The notes beneath the pieces are model-generated. The model was not told where the DNA came from. It was given only the letters and a program-made list of their open reading frames with translations, and made no database searches. This document shows, piece by piece, positions 18,420 to 30,160 of a stretch of 64,000 nt of DNA; within the stretch, counting starts at the first letter, position 1, and each line of letters begins with the position of its first letter. The translations under genes were made by a program, and so were the position numbers. This DNA is from Methanotrichaceae archaeon (GTDB taxonomy: Archaea; Halobacteriota; Methanosarcinia; Methanotrichales; Methanotrichaceae). The stretch is from NCBI GenBank assembly GCA_963754945.1, contig CAVWIG010000018.1, positions 32,001 to 96,000 of the forward strand, in the 5' to 3' direction.

Positions 18420-19607
18420 TTGTTTTTAGTAGGAGAGGCTCTCATCGGCAAAGAGCCGGAGATAGCCCATATAGATCTGCTCATCGGGGACAAGGAGGGA
18501 CCGGTGGGTATTGCCTTTGCAAACGGGCTGACCCAGCTCTCGGCCGGACACACTCCGTTGCTGTCGGTCATCAGGCCGAACCTCCCCCCCAAGCCTGCCA
18601 CGCTGATCGTGCCCAAGGTGACTGTTAAGAACATGGCGCAAGCCGCCCAGATCTTTGGACCGGCCCAGACCGCTGTGGCCAAGGCGGTAGCCGATTCGGT
18701 GGCCGAGGGAGTGATTCCCAGGGAGAAGGTCGAGGATATGGTGGTCATCGTCTCGGTGTTCATCCACCCAGAGGCCAAGGACTACGATGCCATCTACAGG
18801 TACAACTACGGAGCAACCAAGCTGGCACTGCAGAGGGCCATGGAAGGCTTCCCGGACATCGAAAAGGTCCTGTACGAGAAGGACAGGTCAACTCATCCCA
18901 TCATGGGATTCAGAGTCACACGCCTGTGGAACCCACCTTACCTGCAGGTTGCCTTCGATCTGGTGGACCTCTCCGAAGTCAAGAGGGTGCTGGCTGCGCT
19001 GCCTGACAGCGACCACCTACTCATCGAGGTAGGTACGCCTCTGGTTAAGATGCTGGGCATCCAGGTCGTCAGGGAGATCAGGGCCATTCGTCCCGGAGCC
19101 TTCGTAATCCTGGACCTCAAGACCCTGGACACCGGTAACCTTGAGGTACGCCTTGCCGCGGACTCCACGGCTGATGCGGTGGTAATATCCGGCCTCGCAC
19201 CCAAGAAGACCCTGGAGCTGTCCATCAACGAGGCCAGGAAGACCGGCATCTACTCGATCATCGACATGCTTAACGTGAACGATCCCCTTGCTGTGCTCAA
19301 GGACCTGTCTGTCCTTCCGGACGTGGTCGAGCTGCACAGGGCCATCGATAACGAAAATAGCTCCCACGCCTGGCAGAACATACTAGAGATGAAGGCTCTG
19401 GCCAAACCGGACAGAAAACTGCTGGTTGCCGTAGCCGGTGGAATAAGGGTCGACACAGTGGGCCAGGCTCTTGCGGCTGGCGCAGATGTGATAGTCGTTG
19501 GCCGGGCTATAACCAGGTCCAAGGACATCAGGGACACGGCTGAGCAGTTCCTGGCAGGGCTCAAGCAGACGGAGATTGACCAGTACAGGATCATGACGGA
19601 CTTCTAA
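18420..19607 (+). CDS. fae-hps: Bifunctional formaldehyde-activating enzyme / 3-hexulose-6-phosphate synthase
   Basis: [24 protein letters not shown]; HPS domain with IEVGTPL, DLKTLD, AVAGG, VVGRAIT. Confidence 0.93.
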   Translation: MFLVGEALIGKEPEIAHIDLLIGDKEGPVGIAFANGLTQLSAGHTPLLSVIRPNLPPKPATLIVPKVTVKNMAQAAQIFGPAQTAVAKAVADSVAEGVIPREKVEDMVVIVSVFIHPEAKDYDAIYRYNYGATKLALQRAMEGFPDIEKVLYEKDRSTHPIMGFRVTRLWNPPYLQVAFDLVDLSEVKRVLAALPDSDHLLIEVGTPLVKMLGIQVVREIRAIRPGAFVILDLKTLDTGNLEVRLAADSTADAVVISGLAPKKTLELSINEARKTGIYSIIDMLNVNDPLAVLKDLSVLPDVVELHRAIDNENSSHAWQNILEMKALAKPDRKLLVAVAGGIRVDTVGQALAAGADVIVVGRAITRSKDIRDTAEQFLAGLKQTEIDQYRIMTDF

Positions 19608-19616
19608 ACTAAACCG

Positions 19617-20942
19617 ATGATCCTTCCTTTTTTTCTCGTCCTTTTATCCCTTATCGGAACAGTCAGCGCCCTGGATGTGCAGGTAGGCGAGGACGTTCAT
19701 CCAACGGGAGCGGTCATTCTGGTCGTGGACGGATTCGGCGCGAGCTATGTCTACCCCGAGTACACGCCCTACGCCCTGGACGGCTCAGCCCTGGACAAGG
19801 CCCTGCTCTTCAACCTGACCGGAAACGCAGCCAGGGTCCTGGACGTGCGAGTTCCAGTGCCTGAGACTCTAAAGAGCCACAGCGTGCTCGTAACCGGCGA
19901 TCCAAACGCAGATCCCGAGGCCCTCGGCCCGACCATCTTCGACCAGGCCCGGAAGAAGGGCTACCTATGCCTGGCGTTACTCCAGCGGGGCGACACATTG
20001 GAGATGTTGAAAAAGCAGGACGGAGTTCTCTATTTTGACAACAACTCAATACCCGGACCCGGACCGACGATCGGAGCCAGGGGGAGTCTGCCCGAGGACA
20101 TCCGCCAGGACCTTGGCCTCTGGCAGAGCAGGTTCCAGGATTACGCCTCGAATCACGGCCAGAAAGCATACGCAGATTACAACCGTTTTGAGCTGGATGC
20201 CGCTGCTGATTTGGTCGAACGGCTGGGATCGCGGCCGTTTGTACTTTTCATGAACGTGGGTGGAGTGGACAGCGTCGGCCAGGATTTAGGGTCCGTTGGG
20301 TACATCCAGACGATCCAATCGCTGGACGCTCCTTTGGGCCAATTGGCCGAGGCCTGCCAGAGAAACGGCATCGTTCTGGCGGTAACGGCAGACCACGGAA
20401 TGTCCTTCCCAAAGCCAGGAAAGAGCAAAGGAGCTCACGCTTCGGGCAAGTACTCGACAAGGCTGGAAAGCCTGCGCATACCTCTGGTAGTTCGCGGGCC
20501 GGGGGTGGACAACCTGAGCCTGAGTGGCGTGTGGTCCCAGGTAAATATCGCTCCTACCATCCTGGAGCTGCTCGACATTCGTGAGAACTTCTCCGGGTCC
20601 GCGGGAATTCCGCTGAAGAAGAGCTACGATCTTAGGGTGGCGGGTGCGAAAGGAGATGTTGCGATTTACAGGGGCGAAGATCTTGTGGCAAACGCCTCCG
20701 GAGAGGAGATCACTTTCAAAGGCCTGCCCAGAGGAATCTACACCATCAAGAGCGGCTCGACGCCAGTTCAGATTTGCCTGAACGGAGATAAGATGATGAA
20801 TCTGAACCTCGTGGAGAAGTCCGTGCCTAGCGTGTGGCTCCCCCAGGATTTACGCAAGATCATCGGACCGGCTCTGATCCTGATCATCAACCTGATCGGC
20901 GTGGCTGTGATCGTAAGGATCGTAAGGAAGGATGAGCATTAG
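19617..20942 (+). CDS. Membrane-anchored alkaline phosphatase/sulfatase superfamily protein
   Basis: Signal peptide, LVVDG, TADHGM, IAPTILELL, C-terminal TM. Confidence 0.75.
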   Translation: MILPFFLVLLSLIGTVSALDVQVGEDVHPTGAVILVVDGFGASYVYPEYTPYALDGSALDKALLFNLTGNAARVLDVRVPVPETLKSHSVLVTGDPNADPEALGPTIFDQARKKGYLCLALLQRGDTLEMLKKQDGVLYFDNNSIPGPGPTIGARGSLPEDIRQDLGLWQSRFQDYASNHGQKAYADYNRFELDAAADLVERLGSRPFVLFMNVGGVDSVGQDLGSVGYIQTIQSLDAPLGQLAEACQRNGIVLAVTADHGMSFPKPGKSKGAHASGKYSTRLESLRIPLVVRGPGVDNLSLSGVWSQVNIAPTILELLDIRENFSGSAGIPLKKSYDLRVAGAKGDVAIYRGEDLVANASGEEITFKGLPRGIYTIKSGSTPVQICLNGDKMMNLNLVEKSVPSVWLPQDLRKIIGPALILIINLIGVAVIVRIVRKDEH

Positions 20943-21141
20943 AGCCGAGGTTTAGATGGGACTCTGCGACTCATCGTCTCTTTTTCGAAAAGAAGTTACT
21001 CGGTTGAGATAAGGTCTAGAAAACGCCCTTTTCTTAAGAAAGCTTAAAATCGCATATCTTTTCATAAATCCTATGAATTAAACATATCTTTTCCTAAACA
21101 CCCTTATAAAATAAGCATTTATCTTAACGAGCGGTGGTAAC

Positions 21142-22404
21142 ATGCGTACATTCTGGTTCTTGACACTATTAGCTCTGCTCATAGGCACAGCGTCGGCCGC
21201 AGACGGACAGATAAATGCTGCCGATAACGCCTGGGTCATGATCAGCGCAGCCCTGGTCTTGATCATGATCCCAGGAGTGGGCTTTTTCTACGGAGGTATG
21301 GTCAGAAAGAAGAATGCCATATCCACGATCATATTCAGCTTCGCCATCATGGGCATAATCAGCCTTCAATGGATACTCTATGGATACAGCCTGGTATTCG
21401 GCAAGGACATCGGAGGGATAATAGGAGGCCTAGACTTCCTCGGCCTGAATGGAGTCGGCATGGGAGTCAAGGAAGGCCTGACAATACCGGCCCTGACGTT
21501 CATGATATTCCAGGCCATGTTCGCCATAATAACAGTCTCCCTGATATCGGGAAGCTTTGTCGAGAGGATTAAGTTCAGCTCCTTCCTGATCTTCTCGCTG
21601 CTCTGGGCCACCCTTGTTTATGACCCCGTAGCTCACTGGGTTTGGGGAGGAGGATGGCTTGGCCAGATGGGGGCTCTGGACTTCGCCGGAGGTTTGGTGG
21701 TTCACATCAGCGCGGGAGTCTCGGCCCTCGCAATAGCCGCTGTCATAGGGGCCAGGAAAGGCTTTGGCACTGACCCGATGGAGCCGCACAACATCCCAAC
21801 GACCGTCATGGGAGCTGCCCTGCTATGGTTCGGCTGGTTCGGCTTCAACGCCGGCTCTGCACTGGCGGCTAACGGCGTCGCAGCCAACGCCTTCGTCACC
21901 ACCAACACGGCAGCGGCCGCAGCCGCAACAACATGGATGCTCCTCTCATGGAGGCAGAGGGCTCCGAGCGCTCTTGGAATGGTAACCGGAGCTGTGGCTG
22001 GGCTAGCGGCAGTCACACCAGCCGCGGGGTTTGTTACACCTCTATACGCAGTTGTAATCGGGATCGGAGCCTCAATCTTCTGCTACTACGCCATACTGAT
22101 AGTCAGGGGGTCCAAGAAGGTTGACGATTCGCTGGACGTCCTGGCCTGCCACGGAATAGGCAGCACCTGGGGCGTTTTCGCAACCGGCCTGTTCGCAAGC
22201 ATCGGCGCTTCGGGGCTTGTTGCAGGAAATTCATCCCAGGTAGGAATACAGTCGATAGCAATCGCAGCAGTCTGGATCTACTCCTTCGTTGTCACTGTTG
22301 GAATAGCCAAGGTCATCGACGCGCTGATGGGCCTGCGGGTCAGGGACGAGGAAGAGTCGGTGGGACTGGACATCAGCCAGCACGGCGAGGGAGCCTACGT
22401 TTGA
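21142..22404 (+). CDS. amt: Ammonium transporter 1
   Basis: [42 protein letters not shown]. Confidence 0.95.
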   Translation: MRTFWFLTLLALLIGTASAADGQINAADNAWVMISAALVLIMIPGVGFFYGGMVRKKNAISTIIFSFAIMGIISLQWILYGYSLVFGKDIGGIIGGLDFLGLNGVGMGVKEGLTIPALTFMIFQAMFAIITVSLISGSFVERIKFSSFLIFSLLWATLVYDPVAHWVWGGGWLGQMGALDFAGGLVVHISAGVSALAIAAVIGARKGFGTDPMEPHNIPTTVMGAALLWFGWFGFNAGSALAANGVAANAFVTTNTAAAAAATTWMLLSWRQRAPSALGMVTGAVAGLAAVTPAAGFVTPLYAVVIGIGASIFCYYAILIVRGSKKVDDSLDVLACHGIGSTWGVFATGLFASIGASGLVAGNSSQVGIQSIAIAAVWIYSFVVTVGIAKVIDALMGLRVRDEEESVGLDISQHGEGAYV

Positions 22405-22411
22405 GGTTGAA

Positions 22412-22750
22412 ATGAAGAAGATCGAAGCGATAATCCGGCCTGAGAAGTTGAATGCTGTGCGGGTGGCCCTAGACCAGAAGGGGTTCTCCAGCATGACAGC
22501 CACCGAGGTGAAGGGCCGGGGCAGACAGAAGGGCATCGCCCTCCAGTGGCGGGCTGGGGACTACCGGGTGGAGTTCCTGCCCAAGGTGAAGCTGGAGATA
22601 GTAGTGGACGATAAAGACGCCGAGACTGTGATAGACGCCATCTGCGACACTGTGCAGACCGGAGAGGTGGGGGACGGAAAGATCTTCGTCTACCCGGTCG
22701 AGGACGTGGTCAGGGTAAGGACGAAGGAGAGAGGGTGCACTGCGATTTAG
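22412..22750 (+). CDS. glnK: P-II nitrogen regulator 1
   Basis: MKKIEAIIRP, GRGRQKG, TGEVGDGKIFV. Confidence 0.95.
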   Translation: MKKIEAIIRPEKLNAVRVALDQKGFSSMTATEVKGRGRQKGIALQWRAGDYRVEFLPKVKLEIVVDDKDAETVIDAICDTVQTGEVGDGKIFVYPVEDVVRVRTKERGCTAI

Positions 22751-23051
22751 TGACTCTCTGCTTCAACTATTTTTCTTCGTCTATTCTTTGTTTCATCTCC
22801 GCACTCATCGATTCAATTCGATATAACACCAACTCCCTTTTTTATTAGACTCTGTGTCTTTAAGAGTTGTGCTTACTTGTGCTTAATTTGTATGAATCCT
22901 TCATAGATCTTCCGAAATAATATCAAATATCCTTTTAAATATCCCAGTAAGGGGGTTAGATAGTGAAGCCATGAGCAGGATTTCTCTGAGGGGATGACTG
23001 CGTACATTGATAAAATTTGAATAAGTAAGCTTCATATATAGTTATAGAAAG

Positions 23052-24272
23052 GTGAGTGAGTTGGTACTAAACAGTGGAGACACAGCATGGGTCCTGGCGG
23101 CCACGGCATTAGTGATGATCATGACGCCAGGAGTTGGATTCTTCTACGGCGGGCTTTTACGAAACAAGTCTGTCGTCAATATGATGGGACTATCGTTCCT
23201 GGCCTTTGCCATGGTCAGTGTTCAGTGGGTCCTCTTCGGATACAGCCTGGCCTTCGGTCCGGACGTGTCCGGGTTCGTAGGCAACCTCAACTATTTAGTA
23301 TTGCACGGAGTGGGCCTTGATCCAGGAGTTTGGGCCAACAACATACCGGCTCTGGCGCACATGATATTCCAGCTTGTGTTCGCCACAGTCACCCTGGCAA
23401 TATTGACATCCTGCGTTGCTGAGCGGGTCAAGTTCAGCTCGTTCATAGTCCTCGGCCTGCTCTGGACCACACTGGTCTACGACCCCCTGGCCCACTGGGT
23501 CTGGGCTGGAGGCTGGACTGCGCAGATGGGCGCTCTCGACTTCGCAGGAGGCACCGTAGTTCATATAAGCTCTGGTTTCGGTGCCCTGGCCATAGCTCTT
23601 GTCATCGGCAAGAGGATAGGATACGGCGCATCGTACATCATGGAGCCCCACAACATCCCCATGTCGATACTTGGCGCTGCATTGCTCTGGTTCGGATGGT
23701 TCGGGTTCAACTCCGGCTCCGCGCTAGCAGCTAACGGCCTGGCAGCATCGGCCTTCGTGGTCACAAACACGGCTGCAGCAGCCGGCGCTCTGACCTGGCT
23801 GGCGGCAAGCTGGCTGAAGGGCAAGCCCAGCACCATGGGAATGGCAAGCGGTGCAATAGCCGGACTTGTGGCCATCACGCCAGCTTCAGGATACGTCGAT
23901 ACATCTGCCGCCTTGATAATAGGAGGCGTTGCAGGAGTCCTGTGCTATGGAGCACTGCTCTTCAGGGTCAGCAGAGGTCTCGATGAGAGCTGCGATGCCT
24001 GGTCGGTTCACGGCACTGGCGGATTGTGGGGAGCTATAGCCACGGGTATATTCGCCAACCCAGTGGTCAACGGCTTCGCCGGTCTGCTGTACGGAAACCC
24101 ACACCAGCTCATGGTGCAGATAATAGCAGCCGGAGCAGCAGTGATATACGCGTTCGTGTTGACGTATGTCCTGGCCAAGATCGTGGATATGACATTAGGC
24201 CTCAGAGTAACAGAGGACGAGGAGTACGTCGGACTGGACATCTCCCAGCACGGCGAGAAAGCCTACGCCTGA
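23052..24272 (+). CDS. amt: Ammonium transporter 2
   Basis: Same Amt motifs; paralog of 21142-22404. Confidence 0.95.
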   Translation: MSELVLNSGDTAWVLAATALVMIMTPGVGFFYGGLLRNKSVVNMMGLSFLAFAMVSVQWVLFGYSLAFGPDVSGFVGNLNYLVLHGVGLDPGVWANNIPALAHMIFQLVFATVTLAILTSCVAERVKFSSFIVLGLLWTTLVYDPLAHWVWAGGWTAQMGALDFAGGTVVHISSGFGALAIALVIGKRIGYGASYIMEPHNIPMSILGAALLWFGWFGFNSGSALAANGLAASAFVVTNTAAAAGALTWLAASWLKGKPSTMGMASGAIAGLVAITPASGYVDTSAALIIGGVAGVLCYGALLFRVSRGLDESCDAWSVHGTGGLWGAIATGIFANPVVNGFAGLLYGNPHQLMVQIIAAGAAVIYAFVLTYVLAKIVDMTLGLRVTEDEEYVGLDISQHGEKAYA

Positions 24273-24282
24273 GGTGGATTAG

Positions 24283-24636
<354 letters not shown>

Positions 24637-24692
24637 GGAATAAGATTACAAGATCCCTCCAACCACCGAAAGATCAGGTAGAACAGGGCATA

Positions 24693-24715
24693 GAGAGATA
24701 GGAAGACTATCTCTC
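24693..24715. terminator. Hairpin between convergent genes, possible terminator
   Basis: GAGAGATAG-GAAGA-CTATCTCTC, perfect 9-bp stem. Confidence 0.45.
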
Positions 24716-24804
24716 CTCTAACCCTGGCATGTTGAGCAGAAAATTGTAGAGAGAATAATAAGTAAAAGATAATACTGGTAATAATTAAATAATAATAAGA
24801 ACTT

Positions 24805-25938
24805 TCAGATGGAAAGGAGATATCCCGGCATTCTCGGCATAAGCCATCTGATAAGGCTCTTGTAAGTGCCCTTCATTGCAGGAACCTCTAGGAACTTATC
24901 CAGGAAATCGTCTCTTGTGGCAAGCATTCTGAAGAACATCTCTGGCCAACTATGCATTATCTTTGCCATGATCAATGAATACTTCAGGTCGTCTCCAAAA
25001 TCCCTTTTGCATCTCTGTTGATAGGACCCGGCAAGATCAAGACCGTCGTCCTCCAGCTTATCTGCCGCTGTCTGTGCAGCATTCTGGCCTGATTTTATAG
25101 CGTAGGCTATGCCCTCCCCTGTAAAGGAGTCAACGAAACCGGCAGAATCGCCTGCCAGGAGAACTCGCGGGCTGGCCGTGACCCTGCTCATGCCTCCGAA
25201 GGGTATCATATGACCTCGCAGCTTGTAGCTGCCATCAAAGCCGTTCTTCCTCAAGAAGTCGGTCATGACCTTTCTGGGGTTGGACAGGTCTTTGGCCATG
25301 CCGCCTATACCTACCGAGTAATAGCCGTTATGGGGAAATATCCAGCCGTAACCCAATCGTGCTACCCCGAAATGAATCTCCAGGGCGTTCCCGAGACGCG
25401 TATCGATAACCCCATTCTCCTCTGGGATCTCCGTCACCACGCAGACCCCGTAACGATCCTTTCCGTCCCTTTCCCTCACGCTCTCTTGAAGCCTGTTCTG
25501 AGAGCCTGCAGCAACTATCAGGCACTTTGAGCGATAGGTCTCTTCGGCTGCTCTGACCTCGACTTTTTCGCTGTCCTCCCGGAAATCCAAGACCTTCTGA
25601 CCCGTGACCACATGAACGCCTGTCTCACGTGCCTTTTTTAAAAGAAAATCATCGAAGGCTGACCTTGTAAGAGTAACGGTAAGTCGATAATCTTTGTGCC
25701 TATCGATAACGCGATCGCCGAAACAAATTCTGGCCCCGGTTATGCTCCTCTCGCAGATGTTTTCGGGAAGGGAGAAATCCAGGTAGGAGAGTGCCCGCTC
25801 AGACAGGCCCCCACCACAGGGTTTGTACCTGGGAAATCGGTCCTTGTCGATCAGCAGAACATCCAGGCCCATCTTGCCAGCTTCCCTTGCTGCAGAAGAT
25901 CCCGCTGGCCCGGCTCCGGCGATGATCAGGTCGTACAT
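24805..25938 (-). CDS. Geranylgeranyl reductase family FAD oxidoreductase
   Basis: GAGPAG, KPCGGG, GYGWIFP, GDSAG.VD.FTGEGI. Confidence 0.88.
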   Translation of the reverse strand: MYDLIIAGAGPAGSSAAREAGKMGLDVLLIDKDRFPRYKPCGGGLSERALSYLDFSLPENICERSITGARICFGDRVIDRHKDYRLTVTLTRSAFDDFLLKKARETGVHVVTGQKVLDFREDSEKVEVRAAEETYRSKCLIVAAGSQNRLQESVRERDGKDRYGVCVVTEIPEENGVIDTRLGNALEIHFGVARLGYGWIFPHNGYYSVGIGGMAKDLSNPRKVMTDFLRKNGFDGSYKLRGHMIPFGGMSRVTASPRVLLAGDSAGFVDSFTGEGIAYAIKSGQNAAQTAADKLEDDGLDLAGSYQQRCKRDFGDDLKYSLIMAKIMHSWPEMFFRMLATRDDFLDKFLEVPAMKGTYKSLIRWLMPRMPGYLLSI

Positions 25939-26311
25939 GGCCTATGCCACCAACCCAAGATTGATTGGGCCTTTCAAATTTAGAGATCGGTGGTCCGATT
26001 CAGAAACTGAAACCCGATGATTTTTTTTCCTTAGCCGCATGAGGTCTCCTTCTATAGTTCAACTGCTGTTCAGTTTCAAACTACATTAGAATTGCTCTTT
26101 ATGCATTAAAAAACTTGCGAAGAGTTCGTGTCAAACGGGAAGCAAGGACCCCTAGGGCTAAAGGTAGAGAGGGAAACCGAAAGTCAGGTCGAATACTGTC
26201 GAATCAACCGTGTCATTGAATTGAGATCTATAGATAGTTCGATTAAGCAAATGGCCACTACAAAACTGATTTTCTGAATGGACAAAAAATAAGAAAGAGC
26301 GGGTTATTGAA

Positions 26312-26776
26312 CTAGCCGAAGAAGATGGATGAGAAGAACTTCAATACTGGAAGGCTTGATAGAACAGCGGAGAGCTTCAGCTTGGTAACAAACGTTGTAC
26401 CCTCAATATTTACCTGCCCGTAGCCCTTCTCCGCCTGGAAAGCTGCCACAGGATCACCCGAGGCTTTTATCCGTTCTATAGCGCCCTCTGTTGCTGACAC
26501 GATAATGGTGGGGTTCTGGACCCCACCTATGACAGTTCTGCTGATCCGCGCGTTTTGGGTTTCAAATCCCACAGAAAAAATGCCTCCGTCGTTCGAAGTT
26601 ATGTTCAGATCGATCATTTCGTTTCCAATAAGGCCTTTCAGGAGATCAGGAGCACCATCGATTCTTTGGTTGTAAGTGTCCACATAATTCTGTATCTGGC
26701 TTTGTGTAAATGATGCGCTGGCAACTGAAAGAGATACCGCAAAGAGCATCAGGAGCCCCAAGACTGTGTATCGCAT
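26312..26776 (-). CDS. Hypothetical exported protein
   Basis: ATG 26776 followed by signal peptide MRYTVLGLLMLFAVSLSVASA. Confidence 0.65.
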   Translation of the reverse strand: MRYTVLGLLMLFAVSLSVASASFTQSQIQNYVDTYNQRIDGAPDLLKGLIGNEMIDLNITSNDGGIFSVGFETQNARISRTVIGGVQNPTIIVSATEGAIERIKASGDPVAAFQAEKGYGQVNIEGTTFVTKLKLSAVLSSLPVLKFFSSIFFG

Positions 26777-26973
26777 GATCTTTTCTTTGGGCCTATTCAG
26801 ATAAATATCTGGTGTATTGGCAGAGTAGTGGTCAGTTTGGAGGACACTTACGATCCTTCGATAAGAATAACCAGAGGTGCTAGCCTGTTTCGCATGCGGC
26901 TTGTGCCCAAAACCTCTTGTAAAAGTCAAAATCATAGAATCCTTTAAGTACATTCCTTCTAAATAGTGATCTA

Positions 26974-28068
26974 ATGAACGCCCTCGTGCTCTGCATCGAC
27001 CGCGACGACGACCTTGGAAGAAAGGCTGAAGTGAAAAGCCCTGTCATAGGTCGAGATGCCAACATCGACGCTGCTGTGAGGCTTGGCACCGCAGATCCTG
27101 AGGACTCTGATACGAACACCATCTTCGGCGGGATCAAGGTGTTCGATGAGCTGGTGGCAGCGGGCAAGGAAGTGGAGATAGCCTCCATTGCCGGGGACAT
27201 AAAGGTAGGCTTGACATCGGACGAGAAGCTCGCAGCTCAACTTGAGGAGCTTATCTCCCGCTTCAAACCCGATGGAGTGGTAGTTGTGTCCGATGGAGCA
27301 GAAGACGAGGCCATTCTTCCAATAATTCAGTCCAGGGTTAAAGTCAACGGAGTAAGAAGGATTCTCGTAAAGCAGAGCCCCAACCTGGAGAGCACATACT
27401 ACATCCTCAAGCAGCTCTTTACAGATCCGAAGATCAGCCACACTTTCTTCATCCCGCCGGGCCTGGCCTTGCTGATGTACTCCATCTTCAGCCTGCTGGG
27501 ATACCCCAATGGCGCTGTGGTTGCCATAACTGGAGCGATCGGACTGTATCTGCTCTTCAGGGGAGGACTGGATGAGTTCGTTGACGAAGCCAAGGTGACT
27601 TTGAGGACTTCTCTTTATGCGGGCAAGATTGCCTTCATAACCTACATCATGGCCGCCATGCTCGTGTTAATAGCTACAATGCAAGGCGCAGCCAGCCTCT
27701 GGGAATACTATCGGGGGGATATATGGTATGGTTACTTGACTCTCATAATGATTTATATAAATAATAGTATATGGTGGTACATAGCAGCAGGATTCTGCGC
27801 TGTGCTGGGCAAGATCATGGACATGTACCTGGAGGGCGAAAGAGACGCACGCACTTATTCCTATCTCTTCTTCCTGATTGCTACAGGGCTCATATTCTGG
27901 TCCGCCAGCGCCTTTATTCTGGCCAGCAACGCCAGCCTGAACTTCAGCCCAGGTCCTGGAAGATCCCTTCAATACCTGGCGGTTTCCGCTGTGCTGGCGG
28001 TCCTGATCACCTTAACAGGCGTAAACATCTCAAAACGTATTGCAAAACCGACAGAACCAGCCAAATGA
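26974..28068 (+). CDS. DUF373 family membrane protein
   Basis: VLCIDRDDDLG, DPEDSD.N, VSDGAEDE, VKQS..LES. Confidence 0.85.
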   Translation: MNALVLCIDRDDDLGRKAEVKSPVIGRDANIDAAVRLGTADPEDSDTNTIFGGIKVFDELVAAGKEVEIASIAGDIKVGLTSDEKLAAQLEELISRFKPDGVVVVSDGAEDEAILPIIQSRVKVNGVRRILVKQSPNLESTYYILKQLFTDPKISHTFFIPPGLALLMYSIFSLLGYPNGAVVAITGAIGLYLLFRGGLDEFVDEAKVTLRTSLYAGKIAFITYIMAAMLVLIATMQGAASLWEYYRGDIWYGYLTLIMIYINNSIWWYIAAGFCAVLGKIMDMYLEGERDARTYSYLFFLIATGLIFWSASAFILASNASLNFSPGPGRSLQYLAVSAVLAVLITLTGVNISKRIAKPTEPAK

Positions 28069-28961
28069 CCTTTTCTATAGAGATCGATTCTAACGGGGAG
28101 AACTACCTCTGCGACTTCACCTTTGACTTCTTTTGGCAGCACCAAGGTTCCAGGCTCGATCCAGATCAAGCAGTCGACGGATCCAGTCGCAGAAAGCTTG
28201 TGGAGGCCCTGAAACTAGGAGAGACTGTTCACATAAGGGGCGATGCCGGGAGTGCGTTAGGGTCCAGCCTCGGTGTGGATCTGGTCAAACTTGGAGGAAA
28301 AGGAGGCGCGCTGCCTAACGTTGGCTGCATAATCGTCGATGGCAACGTTGGAAAGAGGATGGGGATCAGCATGCTCCGGGGAGCCGTATATCTTGGGGGC
28401 CAGGCCAAAGAGCCTCTCGGAAACGTGATCGAGGTCGAGTCAGATCGAACGGGTTACAGAAAGTTCGTATCAATAACCGAAGCCCTGGAGAAAAACATTC
28501 GGGTCCTTGAGCCCAACATCCTCAAAGATTCTGGGCTTTCCATTAACGACGGATTGTCTCGAGACACTGTCGGGTCAAGAAACCCGACCGAAAAGATCAT
28601 TCGCATCGACGGCAGCGCCGGTATGAGCACCGGAATTCTCATGCGTTCAGGCCATATTGAAGTCTTCGGAAACACGGATCGCAACACTGGTGTGCTGATG
28701 AGGGGAGGAAGAATCGTGGTGAGAGGGCAAACAGGCGACTTCACAGGAGCGGAGATGCTTGGCGGGGAGATCTTTGTCCATGGCCACGCAGGAAGCTATG
28801 CATGCGCCAGTATGAAGGACGGATCAATCTATGCCCCGAGCTGTAAGCCAGTACCTCCTGCAAGAGAGCACACATTAAACCAGAACGAGCTAGAGACGCT
28901 AATAAGGGTATTGGAGCTTAACCCCATCCATGCCATGATGTACAAAAGATGGGGACTCTAA
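28065..28961 (+). CDS. GXGXG beta-helix protein (FwdC/GltB C-terminal-like)
   Basis: Repeated G..M.GG.I.V.G motifs; ATGA overlap with the DUF373 gene. Confidence 0.75.
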   Translation: MTFSIEIDSNGENYLCDFTFDFFWQHQGSRLDPDQAVDGSSRRKLVEALKLGETVHIRGDAGSALGSSLGVDLVKLGGKGGALPNVGCIIVDGNVGKRMGISMLRGAVYLGGQAKEPLGNVIEVESDRTGYRKFVSITEALEKNIRVLEPNILKDSGLSINDGLSRDTVGSRNPTEKIIRIDGSAGMSTGILMRSGHIEVFGNTDRNTGVLMRGGRIVVRGQTGDFTGAEMLGGEIFVHGHAGSYACASMKDGSIYAPSCKPVPPAREHTLNQNELETLIRVLELNPIHAMMYKRWGL

Positions 28962-28969
28962 ATCAAACT

Positions 28970-30112
28970 CTAATAAATCTCCTCCAGGTCTTCGATGTGG
29001 GCGAAAGCATCCGAAAGCTGCTTCTTTGCTCTCTGCTTCCTGTCCTTCTCCTCCTGGATAGCCCTTGCCGCTTGGGCGTACAAAGTCTCGATCTCCGGCA
29101 CGGATGCCAGGGTGAAGAGGGTGAGGACCTTGGGGTAGCCTTTCTTAATAACCAGACCCTTGAAGACATGACCAGCGCCAGCGCATAGCTTCTCTATCTC
29201 TTTGGTGATCTCATCGACATCCAGGTACTCCCTGGACCCCTGGATGATCACCATCGCCCTAGCAGCCTCATCATAGACGTTGGCCGGATAGAGAAGGCTG
29301 CCCGGCTTTAAGCTATTCTGTATGGCGGATCTTACCGACGGGTTCTTGCGGTCTGCCTGGGAGAATCCCATTGTACCCATCCGTAGACCGCCGCTCATAA
29401 CGGTCTTAAAATCGCCGAGATCTGTCACGGAAAGCATCTCGCTGTCCAAGGACTCGATCAGGAACAGGGTGCGTTGGGCTATCATTGTGTTGATCTTATC
29501 GTAAGCGGTGGCGATGTCCCCACTGCACCTCTTCAGGTACTGGTTGTCAGCAAGAATCAGCCCTTCGGCATCTACCTCCATCAGCTCTCGCAAGCTGAAG
29601 GCGGCGTTCTGAAGATATATGGAACCCTCTTCTCGGAAGGGCAAAACTGCAATAGGAATAACGGTGATGTTCTTGTAACGCTCTTTTAGCTCGTGAATTA
29701 GGAGAGGAGAGAAAGATGAACCCGTACCTCCGGATGTGGAGGTCATCACAAAGGCGACATCAAAGTCCCCCCTTTTCTCGATCTCCTCCATGATCATTTC
29801 GCGGTTGTCCCAGAAACCCTGTTTGCCTACGTTTCTGTTAGCGCCTACACCATGGAGGTTGGGGACGTGAAGCCTATCTTTGGCAGTGGTAAATCTTAGT
29901 TCTTTGAGGTCATTGATTGCCGTGTTGATGGCAATAGTTTCCACCATGCTGGGAAACTTCTGGCGTGAATAGTACTTGGAAAGCCTGGAAGCACCACCGA
30001 ACGCCTCTTTGTTTATAGCGTCCAGGATTCTGTTCCCGCACTGGCCTACGCCAAGCATGAGTACATTTAACATTATCTCAAACCCGGATTGCTTGCTTTG
30101 ATCTTCCTTCAC
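28970..30112 (-). CDS. Tubulin/FtsZ superfamily GTPase, CetZ-like
   Basis: GVGQCGNRI, AINTA..DL, GVGANR, SGGTGSS, LPF..EG, DNQ, D.GDF; C-terminal coiled coil; true start may be 30073. Confidence 0.8.
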   Translation of the reverse strand: MKEDQSKQSGFEIMLNVLMLGVGQCGNRILDAINKEAFGGASRLSKYYSRQKFPSMVETIAINTAINDLKELRFTTAKDRLHVPNLHGVGANRNVGKQGFWDNREMIMEEIEKRGDFDVAFVMTSTSGGTGSSFSPLLIHELKERYKNITVIPIAVLPFREEGSIYLQNAAFSLRELMEVDAEGLILADNQYLKRCSGDIATAYDKINTMIAQRTLFLIESLDSEMLSVTDLGDFKTVMSGGLRMGTMGFSQADRKNPSVRSAIQNSLKPGSLLYPANVYDEAARAMVIIQGSREYLDVDEITKEIEKLCAGAGHVFKGLVIKKGYPKVLTLFTLASVPEIETLYAQAARAIQEEKDRKQRAKKQLSDAFAHIEDLEEIY

Positions 30113-30160
30113 CTATAATCGTATCGCCATCCATTCTCAGTATCGAGGATGTTAACTCCT

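Noticed and set aside
27771-28064. N-terminal extension of the FwdC-like ORF
   Set aside because: Overlaps DUF373 out of frame; the ATGA-coupled start at 28065 is more plausible
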